Shown: positions 48,830 through 59,979 of the stretch, in pieces
Layout: the number at the start of each line of letters is the position of its first letter
Position numbering within the stretch: position 1 is the stretch's first letter
Sequence record: MK373774.1
Source: Escherichia phage vB_EcoM_WFL6982
Length of the DNA stretch: 64,000 bases
Direction: 5' to 3' (one strand)
Position numbers and translations under genes: made by a program
Notes under the pieces: model-generated
Databases searched by the model: none
What the model was told of the DNA's origin: nothing
Seen by the model: only the letters and a program-made list of their open reading frames with translations

Positions 48830-49076
48830 AAAGCTCGACTACCTCTTCATTTTCAGCTTCAAATTGATCACGAGCGTCTTTATGATAAAGAGCTAACAAA
48901 CGATTAAACATTTTTCCATCGACACCAAGCTCTTCTTTAGCACGAGTACGAATGTCTTTAATCAGTTCATTATAACCAGAAATTTTAAGTTTGTTATCGG
49001 AAGCTTCCTTGACTAGTTTAGCCAGTTCTTCACCGTGCACATCTTGATTAAATTCAACTGCTTCTTTCTTAGCCAT
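48807..49076 (-). CDS. dsbA: dsDNA-binding protein DsbA
   Basis: 89 aa from internal ATG with GAGG RBS; position between rnh and 33. Confidence 0.7.
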   Translation of the reverse strand: MAKKEAVEFNQDVHGEELAKLVKEASDNKLKISGYNELIKDIRTRAKEELGVDGKMFNRLLALYHKDARDQFEAENEEVVELYDTVFTK

Positions 49077-49083
49077 GTTTACC

Positions 49084-50001
49084 TCAGAATTCATTAATTA
49101 CACTTGTTAATTTAGAAAGACCAGATTTTACAAAGTATGAATAAATCTTGCCTTTAGGTTGTTGTTTATATGAGTTATAATACTCTATAATGGTTGAAGC
49201 AATATTATCAGGGATATAATCAAAATCAATGAGAACCAAATTTTCTTGATACCGTTTATATTCTTCAGCACTTAATAATACTTCAGCTTGAGAACGGTCA
49301 TTGGCAATTGCTTCAATAATCGATGTTTTCATACTCGGAGTTCGTTCACCATCAACTCTGGTAAACCAGAAGTCGCCACGAACTCGAACAGATGCAACAC
49401 CATCCTTACGGTCACCTTTAAGAATTTTAGTCATGCAATCAATTTCAGCAGAACCATTCTTAATTTTAACCCATTTTTTCTGTGGTGGCGACCACTGTTT
49501 AACGTTAGGATATTTGTGTAATTGTGTAAAGTCACCATCTGATGCAACAATACATACTTTATGTCCAGCTAATGACAAATATTTAGTTAATACACCGATA
49601 TGGTCATCCGCTTCATACTTGTCAATATCCATTACAACGTATGGCATGTATTTCTTAATCTCATCAACAACTTGATGGAGTGCAGTAAAATATCCTTCCC
49701 AATCCCACTTTGAAGCTTCACGATCGGTTTTACGATTTTTCTTGTAATAGTAAGCAAAGTCACGACGCCAATAACCCGAAGTAGCATTATCCATACACAA
49801 TACAAATTTTGTATAGCCTTGCTTACGGAACATCACTACGTTTTTACGAATTGAATTCAAGATTACATGGCGAACCATCGGAACGGTAATTTTATCGCCG
49901 TCTTCAAAGTTGTTTAATGCGGCTGCCAATGCAATGTTACTAAAGTCAGCAAGTGCAATACCTTCTTTGTAATCTTCATCCAACATCATTTCTAAATCCA
50001 T
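49084..50001 (-). CDS. rnh: RNase H (5'-3' exonuclease / flap endonuclease)
   Basis: 305 aa (T4 length); synteny. Confidence 0.93.
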   Translation of the reverse strand: MDLEMMLDEDYKEGIALADFSNIALAAALNNFEDGDKITVPMVRHVILNSIRKNVVMFRKQGYTKFVLCMDNATSGYWRRDFAYYYKKNRKTDREASKWDWEGYFTALHQVVDEIKKYMPYVVMDIDKYEADDHIGVLTKYLSLAGHKVCIVASDGDFTQLHKYPNVKQWSPPQKKWVKIKNGSAEIDCMTKILKGDRKDGVASVRVRGDFWFTRVDGERTPSMKTSIIEAIANDRSQAEVLLSAEEYKRYQENLVLIDFDYIPDNIASTIIEYYNSYKQQPKGKIYSYFVKSGLSKLTSVINEF

Positions 50002-50040
50002 ATGAACCTCTTGTTCAGTTAGTCAACTTGTCTATAGTAA

Positions 50041-50074
50041 CACACTCATTTGAAAGCGTAAATAGTCTTTTACT
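50041..50074 (-). promoter_or_regulatory. Early promoter
   Basis: Minus strand tttacgctttcaaatgagtgtgttactatag. Confidence 0.5.
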
Positions 50075-50088
50075 CATTTATAAATAGT

Positions 50089-50096
50089 AAAATAGA
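50089..50096 (+). promoter_or_regulatory. Late promoter TATAAATA (gene 34)
   Basis: Exact TATAAATA 25 nt upstream of gene 34. Confidence 0.6.
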
Positions 50097-50120
50097 ACAC
50101 ATAATGATAAGAGGACTACC

Positions 50121-53100
50121 ATGGTTGACATCAAACGTAAGTTCAGGGCCGAAGATGGTCTTGATGCAGGCGGTGATAAGATAGTTAACGTTGCGCTTGC
50201 CGACCGCACAGTTGGCACCGATGGCGTGAACGTTGACTTTTTGGTGCAAGAAAACACCGTACAGAATTATGACGATACGCGCGCGTATACAAAAGATTTT
50301 ATTGTTCTTTATAATAATCGTTTTTATCAAGCTTTAAGCGATATTCCAGCTCCGGCAGGCCCTTTCTCTTTGGTTAAATGGAAGGCAACTCGTGCAGATG
50401 CAGAATGGATTACAGTTCAAGGCGGAGATTTCCAATTATCAGTAGGTAACTCTATTGCGGTTGATACTTCAGCTGGCACTGATATTAATTTCACTTTGCC
50501 TCAAAATCCTTTAGATGGCGATACAGTTATTTTGTCTGATATTGGCGGTAGAGTAGGCTATGTAAAAGTTCAAATTACGGCAGAGGCTCAAAGTATTGTA
50601 AACTTTAGAGGACAACAGGTTCGTTCAGTTTTAATGACGCACCCAAAATCTAAAATGGTCTTCATTTTTAGCAACCGCCTATGGCAAATGTATGTTTCTG
50701 ATTACGAACGTAATGCAGTCACAGTAACTCCTGCTACGCCATATCAAGCACAACCTAATGATTTTATCATTCGACGTTTTACATCAGCCGCTCCTATTAA
50801 TATTACATTGCCTCGTAATGCTAATAATGGCGATATTATTAATTTAGTGGATTTAGACAAATTAAACCCATTATATCACACAATTGTCAAAACTTACGAT
50901 GATACAACTTCTATACGAGAAGCTGGTGTTCATGTAGCAGAAGGACGTAATTTTGCTGATGCTCTTTTTATTTTTGATGCAGCATCTAGTTTGTGGAGAG
51001 TTTGGGAAGGTGACCAGAAATCTCGTTTACGTATAGTTCGTAATGATACTGATTTACGCCCTAATGAAGAAGTTCTTGTTTTTGGAACTGATAATAATAC
51101 AATCTCGACGGTAAATCTTACTTTGCCTACAGATATTTTGTCTGGCGATACTGTTAAAATATCGTTGAATTATATGCGTAAAGGGCAAACTGTAAAAATT
51201 AAAGCTGCTGAAGGCGATACAATTGCTAGCAGTATTTCTTTATTACAGTTCCCAAAACGTTCGGAGTATCCACCTGATGCACAATGGGTTTCTGTTAGTG
51301 AGCTGGAATTTAATGGCGATACTTCGTATGTACCTGTACTTGAGTTAGCTTATATAGAAGATTATTCATCTGAAACAAAATATTGGGTAGTTCAACAAAA
51401 CACTGTAACCGTCGAACGAGTCGATGCATCGAGCAATACAACTCGAGCTCGTTTAGGTGTTATTGCTCTTGCTTCTCAAGCGCAAGCAAATGTTGATTTA
51501 GAAAATGCTCCTGGTAAAGAACTGGCTATTACTCCGGAAACATTAGCAAATCGTACAGCAACTGAAACTCGTCGTGGTATTGCTCGTATTGCAACAACTG
51601 CACAAGTTAACCAGAATACCGATTTTGCATTCCAAGACGACTTGATTATTTCTCCTAAGAAATTGAACGAACGTACAGCAACTGAAACCCGTAGAGGTGT
51701 TGCTGAAGTTGCAACTCAGGCTGAAACTAATGCTGGAACAGATGATACCACTATTATTACTCCTAAGAAATTGGATGCCCGTCAAGGTTCTGAAGTTTTA
51801 TCTGGTATTGTAAAATACACATCTACGACTGGTACTACAGCTGCTACTATTCGTGGTAATGCTGGGACTAACGTTTATAACAAAGCCGTAGATAATTTAA
51901 CTATTTCTCCAAAGGCCCTTGACCAATATAAAGCTACCCCTACTCAGCAGGGTGCAGTAATTCTTGCTATTGAAAGCGAAGTTATCGCTGGCGAATCACA
52001 AGCTGGTTGGGCTAATGCTGTAGTGACCCCTGAAACTCTGCATAAGAAAACTTCTACTGATGGACGTATTGGTTTAATTGAAATTGCTACGCAAGCAGAA
52101 ACTAACACTGGAACTGATTATACTAGAGCAGTAACGCCTAAGACGTTAAATGATAGGAAAGCTACGGAAGGATTATCTGGCATAGCCGAAATTGCTACGC
52201 AAGTTGAATTTGATACTGGAACTGACGATACTCGTATCTCGTCTCCACTGAAAATTAAAACTCATTTTGATTCTTCTGACCGTACCAGTGTTAATTCTGA
52301 TTCCGGACTTATTGAAGAAGGAACCTTGTGGAACCATTATACTCTTGATATTTCTAAAGCAAATGAAACACAACGTGGTACACTTCGTGTAGCGACCCAA
52401 GCTGAATCTAATGCAGGAACTTTAGATGACGTTCTTATTACTCCTAAAAAGCTTTTAGGGACTAAGTCCACTGAAACGTCTGAAGGCGTAATTAAGGTTG
52501 CTACTCAGGCTGAAACTGTAACAGGAACTTCTGCTAATACTGCTGTATCTCCTAAGAATTTAAAATGGATTGTTCAATCAGAACCATCATGGACTGCTAC
52601 TACGGCAATTCGTGGATTCGTTAAAACTTCATCTGGTTCTATTACATTTGTTGGTAATGATACAGTTGGTTCAACACAATCTTTAGAATCATATGAGAAA
52701 AATAGCTATGCGGTATCACCATATGAATTAAACCGTGTACTTGCTAACTACTTACCGTTGAAAGCTAAAGCAGCTGATAGTAATTTGTTAGATGGTCTAG
52801 ATTCTCTTCAGTTCATCCGTAGAGACATCGACCAGACGGTTAATGGTTCTTTAAGTCTTACTAAACAGACCAACCTGAGTGCTCCTTTAGTATCTACAAG
52901 CACTGCTTCTTTTGGTTCCGAAGCATCTGTTACTCGTAGATTAACTCTTAATGACTCTAGCGGTTCCGAAATATTTTTCACTAAAGGAACCCAATCTCTT
53001 AGTAATAAAGAGAATTTCGTTGTTAGAGCATGGGGCAATAGCGCTACAGATGGTGCCCGTGATACAGTATTTGAAGCGGGTGACGAAACCGGATACCATT

Positions 53101-53954
53101 TCTATTCTCAGCGCGCTGCTGATAATAAAGTATCATTTAATATTAATGGAACACTTTATTCAACAGGTATTGTTTCTACAAATGGATTAAATGTTACAGG
53201 TGTTTCTACCTTTACAGGGCCTATTAGTGCTACAGGCGAAATTGTTTCTAGTTCTCCTATTGCATTCAGAGCTATTAATGGTAACTATGGTGTTATGCTT
53301 TATAATGCTGGTAACAGTTCTTATATTGCATTAACTAACTCAGGTGACCAGACCGGGACGTTTAATAACTTACGCCCGATCACGATTAACAACGCCACAG
53401 GCTTAGTTCGTCTTGACAATGGTGTTCAAATCACGAGTGGTGCAACAATAACTACCGGTGGGTTAACTGTAAATAACAGAATTATTTCTAACGGCGTTAA
53501 AACCGCCACTGTTTATACCGATAAACCAACAGCTTCTACTGTAGGTTTTTGGTCTATTGACATTAACGATTCTGCTGTATATAGCCAATTCCCTGGATAC
53601 TGGACGCGTGATAACAAAGGTAACCGTGACCAAGAAATTAAATATCCTGGTACTTTGACTCAATTCGGCAATAGCTTAGATTCGCTTTATCAGGATTGGA
53701 TTTGTTATCCTACAGGTGCAAATGGCGGTAGCATTCGATATACTCGTACCTGGCAGAAAAATAAAGATGCTTGGACTTCATTTGCAATGGTATTTGATAG
53801 TGGCAACCCACCTTCACCTAGCGATGTCGGTGCTATCCCATCTGATAATGCTGTTATTGGAAACCTTACTATTCGAGACTTCTTACAATTAGGAAATGTG
53901 AGAATTGTTCCAGACCCGGTTAACAAAACAGTTAAATTTATATGGGTTGAATAA
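50121..53954 (+). CDS. 34: Long tail fiber proximal subunit gp34
   Basis: 1277 aa; internal ~40-aa repeats; synteny 34-35-36-37. Confidence 0.93.
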   Translation: MVDIKRKFRAEDGLDAGGDKIVNVALADRTVGTDGVNVDFLVQENTVQNYDDTRAYTKDFIVLYNNRFYQALSDIPAPAGPFSLVKWKATRADAEWITVQGGDFQLSVGNSIAVDTSAGTDINFTLPQNPLDGDTVILSDIGGRVGYVKVQITAEAQSIVNFRGQQVRSVLMTHPKSKMVFIFSNRLWQMYVSDYERNAVTVTPATPYQAQPNDFIIRRFTSAAPINITLPRNANNGDIINLVDLDKLNPLYHTIVKTYDDTTSIREAGVHVAEGRNFADALFIFDAASSLWRVWEGDQKSRLRIVRNDTDLRPNEEVLVFGTDNNTISTVNLTLPTDILSGDTVKISLNYMRKGQTVKIKAAEGDTIASSISLLQFPKRSEYPPDAQWVSVSELEFNGDTSYVPVLELAYIEDYSSETKYWVVQQNTVTVERVDASSNTTRARLGVIALASQAQANVDLENAPGKELAITPETLANRTATETRRGIARIATTAQVNQNTDFAFQDDLIISPKKLNERTATETRRGVAEVATQAETNAGTDDTTIITPKKLDARQGSEVLSGIVKYTSTTGTTAATIRGNAGTNVYNKAVDNLTISPKALDQYKATPTQQGAVILAIESEVIAGESQAGWANAVVTPETLHKKTSTDGRIGLIEIATQAETNTGTDYTRAVTPKTLNDRKATEGLSGIAEIATQVEFDTGTDDTRISSPLKIKTHFDSSDRTSVNSDSGLIEEGTLWNHYTLDISKANETQRGTLRVATQAESNAGTLDDVLITPKKLLGTKSTETSEGVIKVATQAETVTGTSANTAVSPKNLKWIVQSEPSWTATTAIRGFVKTSSGSITFVGNDTVGSTQSLESYEKNSYAVSPYELNRVLANYLPLKAKAADSNLLDGLDSLQFIRRDIDQTVNGSLSLTKQTNLSAPLVSTSTASFGSEASVTRRLTLNDSSGSEIFFTKGTQSLSNKENFVVRAWGNSATDGARDTVFEAGDETGYHFYSQRAADNKVSFNINGTLYSTGIVSTNGLNVTGVSTFTGPISATGEIVSSSPIAFRAINGNYGVMLYNAGNSSYIALTNSGDQTGTFNNLRPITINNATGLVRLDNGVQITSGATITTGGLTVNNRIISNGVKTATVYTDKPTASTVGFWSIDINDSAVYSQFPGYWTRDNKGNRDQEIKYPGTLTQFGNSLDSLYQDWICYPTGANGGSIRYTRTWQKNKDAWTSFAMVFDSGNPPSPSDVGAIPSDNAVIGNLTIRDFLQLGNVRIVPDPVNKTVKFIWVE

Positions 53955-53962
53955 GAGGTTAT

Positions 53963-55087
53963 ATGGAAAAATTTATGGCAAGGTTTGGACAGGGATACGT
54001 CCAAACGCCGTTTTTATCGGAAAGCAATTCAGTTAGATTTAAGCTAAGTATAGCGGGTTCATGCCCGCTTTCAACAACTAATCCGTATATTTTATTCCAA
54101 AATGAGCCTTTAGGGTTGCAGTCTTTTGGTATTGGACTAAATGTTAGGGTGATAAATCCGGAAAATGGAACTATAGTTGATAGTAAATTATACAATTTTG
54201 CGCCTACAAATAATGCAACTTCAGCTGCATTTATTTCGTTTGTTAATACATACGCAGATAATTTCATTTTCGCATTTATTTCCAATAACAAATTTAATTT
54301 GCCACCAGAAATAATTGAATGGTTTAAAGCTGCTGGGAGTTCAGTTATACCGTCAATTGAAGTTGCTAGTCTTGTTGATATTTCATATTCAGCGTTTTAT
54401 GTTTCAGGTAAAAATACTATTGCATTAGAACACATAAAATACAGTAATAAGAAAACAATTTCTGATTACGCAACTCCATTAGATATTGTATATGACTCTA
54501 TTGCTGATATAGGTGCTACCGGCTATCCTAGACGTACATATGAAGCTCTAGAAACGTTTTTATCTCCTGTTGGAGGAACTAACAATGAAATAAAAAGGAT
54601 GCCTACATCATCCCTTGTTACTCCTATCGCAAACTATGGATTAAAGCCTACAGATTTTCTTTATTTGAAATTTCAATTAATGGCTGATGAAGCATTACTA
54701 GAGGAAGGAACCGCAAGACTTTCAATTCGTTTCTTTAAGACTCCATCTAGCTCTCCTATATCATCTAAAGATATAAACTTTGATGGAACTGCTGGTGAAT
54801 GGAAGTTATACGAAGAATATGTTGAAATACCAGCCGAAGCCGATGGCTTTACGGTATATTGTTACCGTACGGCCCCAGTCGGTCAAGGTGGACTAAGAAA
54901 TGTTATTTTCACTGAAGTATCATGTAACGGAAGTATAGCAAAACCTGCTGAGTTTGGTATAAACGGTATTCGTGTTAATTACATTGATGAATCATTAACC
55001 GGTAATGATATAATGGACTTGCCTACTCAGTTATCTAACGACACAGGTAAGGTATTTGGGCAGGAATTTAAAGAGTACACAGAATAA
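53963..55087 (+). CDS. 35: Long tail fiber hinge connector gp35
   Basis: 374 aa; synteny. Confidence 0.85.
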   Translation: MEKFMARFGQGYVQTPFLSESNSVRFKLSIAGSCPLSTTNPYILFQNEPLGLQSFGIGLNVRVINPENGTIVDSKLYNFAPTNNATSAAFISFVNTYADNFIFAFISNNKFNLPPEIIEWFKAAGSSVIPSIEVASLVDISYSAFYVSGKNTIALEHIKYSNKKTISDYATPLDIVYDSIADIGATGYPRRTYEALETFLSPVGGTNNEIKRMPTSSLVTPIANYGLKPTDFLYLKFQLMADEALLEEGTARLSIRFFKTPSSSPISSKDINFDGTAGEWKLYEEYVEIPAEADGFTVYCYRTAPVGQGGLRNVIFTEVSCNGSIAKPAEFGINGIRVNYIDESLTGNDIMDLPTQLSNDTGKVFGQEFKEYTE

Positions 55088-55088
55088 A

Positions 55089-55108
55089 GGAGACTTCGGT
55101 CTCCTTTT
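55089..55108 (+). terminator. Terminator hairpin ggagac-ttcg-gtctcc + T-run
   Basis: After gene 35. Confidence 0.6.
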
Positions 55109-55112
55109 CGCG

Positions 55113-55120
55113 TATAAATA
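55113..55120 (+). promoter_or_regulatory. Late promoter TATAAATA (gene 36)
   Basis: Exact TATAAATA upstream of gene 36. Confidence 0.6.
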
Positions 55121-55146
55121 CTTTAATATTAATAAGGAGACACGAA

Positions 55147-55803
55147 ATGGCCGATTTAAAAGCCGGAAGTACAGTTGGTGGTTCCGTCATATGGCATCAA
55201 GGCAATTTTCCTTTAATGCCAGCTGGCGATGACATCCTATATAAAACATTTAAATTATACACCGAATATAACAAGCCAAAAGCGGCTGATAACGATTTCG
55301 TATCTAAAGCAAATGGTGGGACATATCTCAAAAAGGTAATCTTTAACGAAGGTGTTGCAGTCAAAACAGCAGATGACCAAACGAATGGCATTTTTTCTGG
55401 CGGTGGTGACGCCGCGACATTCGACCAAACAAACATGGATATTGTTTCGTGGTATGGTATTGGGTTTAAATCATCTCAAGGTACAGGTGAAAGAACTGTT
55501 GTAATTGATACTCGCACCGGTAATATAAGTTCTAAAGGCGTTATTGAAGCATCTCAATTCAGAGCCACAACGTTAGCACCTTTAAATAATTACGACCTTA
55601 CTCGCAAAGATTATGTTGATAGTCAAATAAATACAGTTAATGCTAATGCAAACAGTCGTGTACTCCGTTCAGGAGATACGATGACCGGCGCGCTAACCGC
55701 CCCAAACTTTTTCTCACAGAATCCTGCATCTCAACCCTCGCATGTTCCACGATTTGACCAAATTGTTATTAAGGATTCTGTTCAAGATTTCGGCTATTAT
55801 TAA
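55147..55803 (+). CDS. 36: Long tail fiber distal connector gp36
   Basis: 218 aa; synteny. Confidence 0.85.
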   Translation: MADLKAGSTVGGSVIWHQGNFPLMPAGDDILYKTFKLYTEYNKPKAADNDFVSKANGGTYLKKVIFNEGVAVKTADDQTNGIFSGGGDAATFDQTNMDIVSWYGIGFKSSQGTGERTVVIDTRTGNISSKGVIEASQFRATTLAPLNNYDLTRKDYVDSQINTVNANANSRVLRSGDTMTGALTAPNFFSQNPASQPSHVPRFDQIVIKDSVQDFGYY

Positions 55804-55811
55804 GAGGACTT

Positions 55812-58800
55812 ATGGCTACTTTAAAACAAATACAATTTAAAAGAAGCAAAACTGCAGGAGCACGTCCTGCCGCTTCAGTATTAGCCGAAGGTGAATTGGC
55901 TATAAACTTAAAAGACCGTGTACTTTTTACTAAAGATGACCAAGGAAATATTATTGATCTGGGTTTTGCTAAAGGTGGTAGTATTGACGGGAATGTTATT
56001 CATACTGGCAATTATAACCAAACTGGCGATTATACTTTAAATGGCACCTTCACTCAGACAGGTAATTTTAATTTAACCGGTATTGCTCGAGTAACACGTG
56101 ATATTATTGCCGCTGGGCAGATTACGACTGAAGGCGGAGAACTTATTACAAAAAGTTCAGGTACAGCACATGTTCGTTTTCATGATTCGGCTGATCGTGA
56201 ACGTGGCATTATTTATTCACCGGCTAATGATGGATTAACTACGCAAGTAGTTAATATCCGCGTTAAAGACTACGCCGCTGGTGATGAAAGCACCTATGCA
56301 TTTTCGGGCAGTGGACTATTTACTTCACCTGAAGTATCAGCATGGAAATCTATGTCAACTCCTCAGATTTTGACAAATAGAGTTATTACTAATAATAAAT
56401 CTACGAGCGATTATGACATTTATTCTATGGCAGACAACGTTCCATTGTCTGAAAGCACTACTGCTATTAATCATCTCCGTGTTATGCGCAATGCTGTAGG
56501 CGCTGGTGTATTCCATGAAGTTAAAGATAATGATGGAATAACTTGGTATACTGGAGATGGCTTAGACACTTATCTTTGGTCGTTTACCTGGTCCGGTGGA
56601 TTGAAAGCAGGCCATTCTATTTCTGTTGGTACTCCTGGTGGCAATAAAGGATACTCTGAATTAGGGACTGCTTCAATTTCTCTTGGTGATAATGATACTG
56701 GATTTAAATGGCATCAGGATGGATATTTCCATACAGTAAACAACGGAACAAGAACTTTCATTTACGGTCCTGCGGAAACACAAAGCCTTAGAAAAATGGT
56801 TATGGGTTATTCTCCGGATGGTGTTCTTATGACAACGCCACCGACAGAAAACTATGCTTTGGCTACTGTTGTTACTTACCATGATAATAATGCATACGGC
56901 GATGGTCAAACACTTTTAGGATATTATCAAGGTGGTAATTACCACCACTATTTCCGTGGTAAAGGCACTACAAATATTAACACTGCAGGCGGATTGTTAG
57001 TTACTCCAGGCAATATTGACGTTATTGGTGGTTCTGTTAATATCGATGGTAGAAATAATTCTTCTACGCTGATGTTTAGAGGTAACACAACAGGATACAG
57101 CTCAGTTGATAATATGGATATTAAAGTTTGGGGTAATACGTTTGTTGATCCAAGCGGAGGTATCCGTAAAAACATTATGGAAATTTCTGATGCAACTAGC
57201 TGGATGAGCTATATTCAAAGACTTACTACTGGCGAAGTAGAAATGAACGTTAATGGTTCATTTGAATCATCTGGTGTTACTGCTGGAGATAGAGGAGTTC
57301 ACACAACAGGTGAAATTTCATCTGGAGCAGTGAATGCTCTTCGTATTTGGAACGCAGATTATGGAGCCATTTTTAGACGTTCAGAAGGAAGTCTTCATAT
57401 TATTCCAACTGCTTATGGCGAAGGCAAAGATGGCGATATTGGTCCACTTCGCCCGTTTAGTATGGCTTTAGATACCGGTAAAGTTACTATTCCAGATTTA
57501 CAATCAAGTTACAATACGTTTGCTGCTAACGGTTATATTAAATTTGTTGGTCATGGAGCGGGTGCCGGCGGTTATGACATTCAATATGCTCAAGCGGCTC
57601 CTATTTTCCAGGAAATTGATGATGATGCTGTAAGCAAATATTATCCTATTGTTAAACAGAAGTTTTTAAATGGTAAAGCTGTTTGGTCTTTAGGTACTGA
57701 AATTAGTTCAGGTACATTCGTTATTCATCATCTGAAAGAAGATGGTTCACAAGGCCATACGTCTCGTTTTAATCAAGACGGTACTGTTAACTTCCCAGAT
57801 AACGTTTCTGTCGGCGGCGGTGAAGCTACTATTGCTCGCAATGGTAATATCTGGTCTGATATCTGGAAAACGTTTACTTCAGCAGGCGACGTAACTAATA
57901 TTCGCGATGCAATAGCTACTCGTGTTGCTAAAGAAGGTGATACGATGACCGGTAGGTTGACTTTATCTGCTGGAAATGATGCCCTTGTTTTAACTGCAGG
58001 CACGGGCGCTTCATCGCACATCCGTAGTGATGTAGGTGGTACAAATAATTGGTTTATAGGCAAAGGCGGCGGTGACAATAGTATAAGTTTTTACAGTTAC
58101 ATTACACAAGGCGGTGTAAACATAACAAATAACGGCGAAATAGCGCTTTCTACTCAAGGACAAGGAACATTTAATTTTAATAGAGACCGCCTTCATATAA
58201 ACGGTACACAATGGACCGCACACCAGGCTGGCGATTGGGGAAATCAATGGCGCCAGGAAGCTCCTGTATTTGTGGATTTTGGTAATGTCGGTAATGATAG
58301 TTATTATCCTATTATTAAAGGAAAATCTGGTATTACTAATGAAGGGTATATATCTGGTGTAGATTTTGGTATGCGACGCATTCCTAATAACTGGGCACAA
58401 GGTATTATTCGTGTAGGTAATCAGGAAAACGGTTCCGACCCACAAGCTATCTTCGAATTCCACCATAATGGAAACATGTACGTTCCTGACATGGTTAAAG
58501 CTGGAGTAAGAATATCAGCTGGTGGAGGTGACCCTGCATGGACAGGCGCATGTGTTGTTATTGGTGATAATGACACCGGATTAGTTCATGGTGGTGACGG
58601 CCGAATCAATATGGTTGCCAATGGTATACATATTGCAAACTGGGGAGCAGGCTATCAATCTCATCCTGGGCTTTGGGATTCAACCGGTGCTTTTTGGACA
58701 GAAGTTGGAAGAGCTATCGTTTCTCATGGGCATCTCGTTCAGGCAAATGATAGTTATTCAACGTTTGTCCGTGATGTTTATGTCCGTTCTGATATTCGTG

Positions 58801-59123
58801 TTAAAAAAGACCTTGTTAAATTTGAAAATGCTTCTGAGAAGCTTTCAAAAATTAATGGTTACACTTATATGCAGAAGCGAGGCCTAGATGAAGAAGGTAA
58901 TCAAAAATGGGAACCTAATGCCGGTTTAATTGCCCAAGAAGTTCAAGCTATTTTACCTGAATTAGTTGAAGGCGATCAGGATAGTGAAGCTTTACTTCGT
59001 TTGAACTATAACGGTGTAATTGGTTTAAATACAGCTGCAATCAATGAGCATACTGCAGAAATTGCAGAACTTAAATCAGAAATTGAAGAACTTAAAGCAT
59101 TAGTTAAATCATTGTTAAAATAA
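55812..59123 (+). CDS. 37: Long tail fiber distal subunit gp37 (T2 type, with C-terminal intramolecular chaperone domain)
   Basis: 1103 aa; last ~111 aa begin at SDIRVKK and contain [15 protein letters not shown], resembling peptidase S74 self-cleaving chaperone domains. Confidence 0.93.
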   Translation: MATLKQIQFKRSKTAGARPAASVLAEGELAINLKDRVLFTKDDQGNIIDLGFAKGGSIDGNVIHTGNYNQTGDYTLNGTFTQTGNFNLTGIARVTRDIIAAGQITTEGGELITKSSGTAHVRFHDSADRERGIIYSPANDGLTTQVVNIRVKDYAAGDESTYAFSGSGLFTSPEVSAWKSMSTPQILTNRVITNNKSTSDYDIYSMADNVPLSESTTAINHLRVMRNAVGAGVFHEVKDNDGITWYTGDGLDTYLWSFTWSGGLKAGHSISVGTPGGNKGYSELGTASISLGDNDTGFKWHQDGYFHTVNNGTRTFIYGPAETQSLRKMVMGYSPDGVLMTTPPTENYALATVVTYHDNNAYGDGQTLLGYYQGGNYHHYFRGKGTTNINTAGGLLVTPGNIDVIGGSVNIDGRNNSSTLMFRGNTTGYSSVDNMDIKVWGNTFVDPSGGIRKNIMEISDATSWMSYIQRLTTGEVEMNVNGSFESSGVTAGDRGVHTTGEISSGAVNALRIWNADYGAIFRRSEGSLHIIPTAYGEGKDGDIGPLRPFSMALDTGKVTIPDLQSSYNTFAANGYIKFVGHGAGAGGYDIQYAQAAPIFQEIDDDAVSKYYPIVKQKFLNGKAVWSLGTEISSGTFVIHHLKEDGSQGHTSRFNQDGTVNFPDNVSVGGGEATIARNGNIWSDIWKTFTSAGDVTNIRDAIATRVAKEGDTMTGRLTLSAGNDALVLTAGTGASSHIRSDVGGTNNWFIGKGGGDNSISFYSYITQGGVNITNNGEIALSTQGQGTFNFNRDRLHINGTQWTAHQAGDWGNQWRQEAPVFVDFGNVGNDSYYPIIKGKSGITNEGYISGVDFGMRRIPNNWAQGIIRVGNQENGSDPQAIFEFHHNGNMYVPDMVKAGVRISAGGGDPAWTGACVVIGDNDTGLVHGGDGRINMVANGIHIANWGAGYQSHPGLWDSTGAFWTEVGRAIVSHGHLVQANDSYSTFVRDVYVRSDIRVKKDLVKFENASEKLSKINGYTYMQKRGLDEEGNQKWEPNAGLIAQEVQAILPELVEGDQDSEALLRLNYNGVIGLNTAAINEHTAEIAELKSEIEELKALVKSLLK

Positions 59124-59128
59124 TAAGA

Positions 59129-59142
59129 GGGGCTTCGGCCCC
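59129..59142 (+). terminator. Hairpin ggggc-ttcg-gcccc between 37 and 38
   Basis: UUCG tetraloop hairpin; RBS GGAGG follows. Confidence 0.45.
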
Positions 59143-59949
59143 TTGGAGGTTTATATGGCAGTAACAGGACCGTGGGTAGGATCGTCTGCAGTAGTTAATA
59201 CAGGACAAAATTGGATGGGCGGCGCGGCCCAACGATTAAGAATGGGTGCTCCATTTTGGATGAGTAATATGATAGGTCGATCTGTTGAAGTAATTCACAC
59301 GCTTGGAGCAGACCATAACTTCAATGGTCAATGGTTCCGAGATAGATGTTTTGAGGCAGGTAGTGCACCTATAGTGTTTAATATTACTGGAGATTTAGTA
59401 TCATATTCTAGAGATGTGCCACTTTTCTTTATGTATGGGGATACGCCTAATGAATATGTTGTTCTTAATATTCATGGTGGTGTTCATATGTGGGGTCGTG
59501 GTGGTAATGGTGGATACACTCACTCAGGAGGCGACGGTAACGGTACACAAGGCGGTCATGTTATTCAAAATGATATCGGTGGACGGCTTCGTATTTGGAA
59601 CTACGGTGTTATAGCTGCTGGTGGTGGCGGTGGTGGTGGTATTGCATATCGTCCACACTCAGGGGCAAACTGGCAAGATATCGGTGGCGGTGGTGGTCGA
59701 CCTTTCGGTGGCGCTGGCGGCGGCGGCGTACGTGGCGGTGGAGCTTCTTATGAAGGTCCGGGTGGTGGATATAACTATGGTAACGCTCACTCTGGGCAGG
59801 GTGGCAATGCTGGTGCAGCCGGACAAAACGCGTGGTCTGACGGCGGTAAAGTTCTAAAAGTTGGAGCAGGTGGTGCGTCTGGTCATGCAGTGTTTGGATC
59901 TTCTCCAACTTGGGGTGCTGTTGGAACAATTTACGGACCAAGAGTATAA
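59143..59949 (+). CDS. 38: Tail fiber adhesin gp38 (T2/T6 type with glycine-rich motifs)
   Basis: 268 aa; poly-Gly islands GGGGGGG, GGGGG, GGAGGGG separating variable segments. Confidence 0.88.
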   Translation: MEVYMAVTGPWVGSSAVVNTGQNWMGGAAQRLRMGAPFWMSNMIGRSVEVIHTLGADHNFNGQWFRDRCFEAGSAPIVFNITGDLVSYSRDVPLFFMYGDTPNEYVVLNIHGGVHMWGRGGNGGYTHSGGDGNGTQGGHVIQNDIGGRLRIWNYGVIAAGGGGGGGIAYRPHSGANWQDIGGGGGRPFGGAGGGGVRGGGASYEGPGGGYNYGNAHSGQGGNAGAAGQNAWSDGGKVLKVGAGGASGHAVFGSSPTWGAVGTIYGPRV

Positions 59950-59979
59950 TTTGAATAAATATCCTTAAAAGGAGGGTCT

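Noticed and set aside
59600-59770. Short GGTGGTGGC-type direct repeats that might look CRISPR- or microsatellite-like
   Set aside because: Codon-level repeats encoding poly-glycine within gp38; no spacer-repeat periodicity and no cas genes
59609-59941. 110-aa His/Arg/Gln-rich minus-strand ORF
   Set aside because: Produced by reverse-complement reading of the GGN glycine-codon repeats of gp38; not a separate gene
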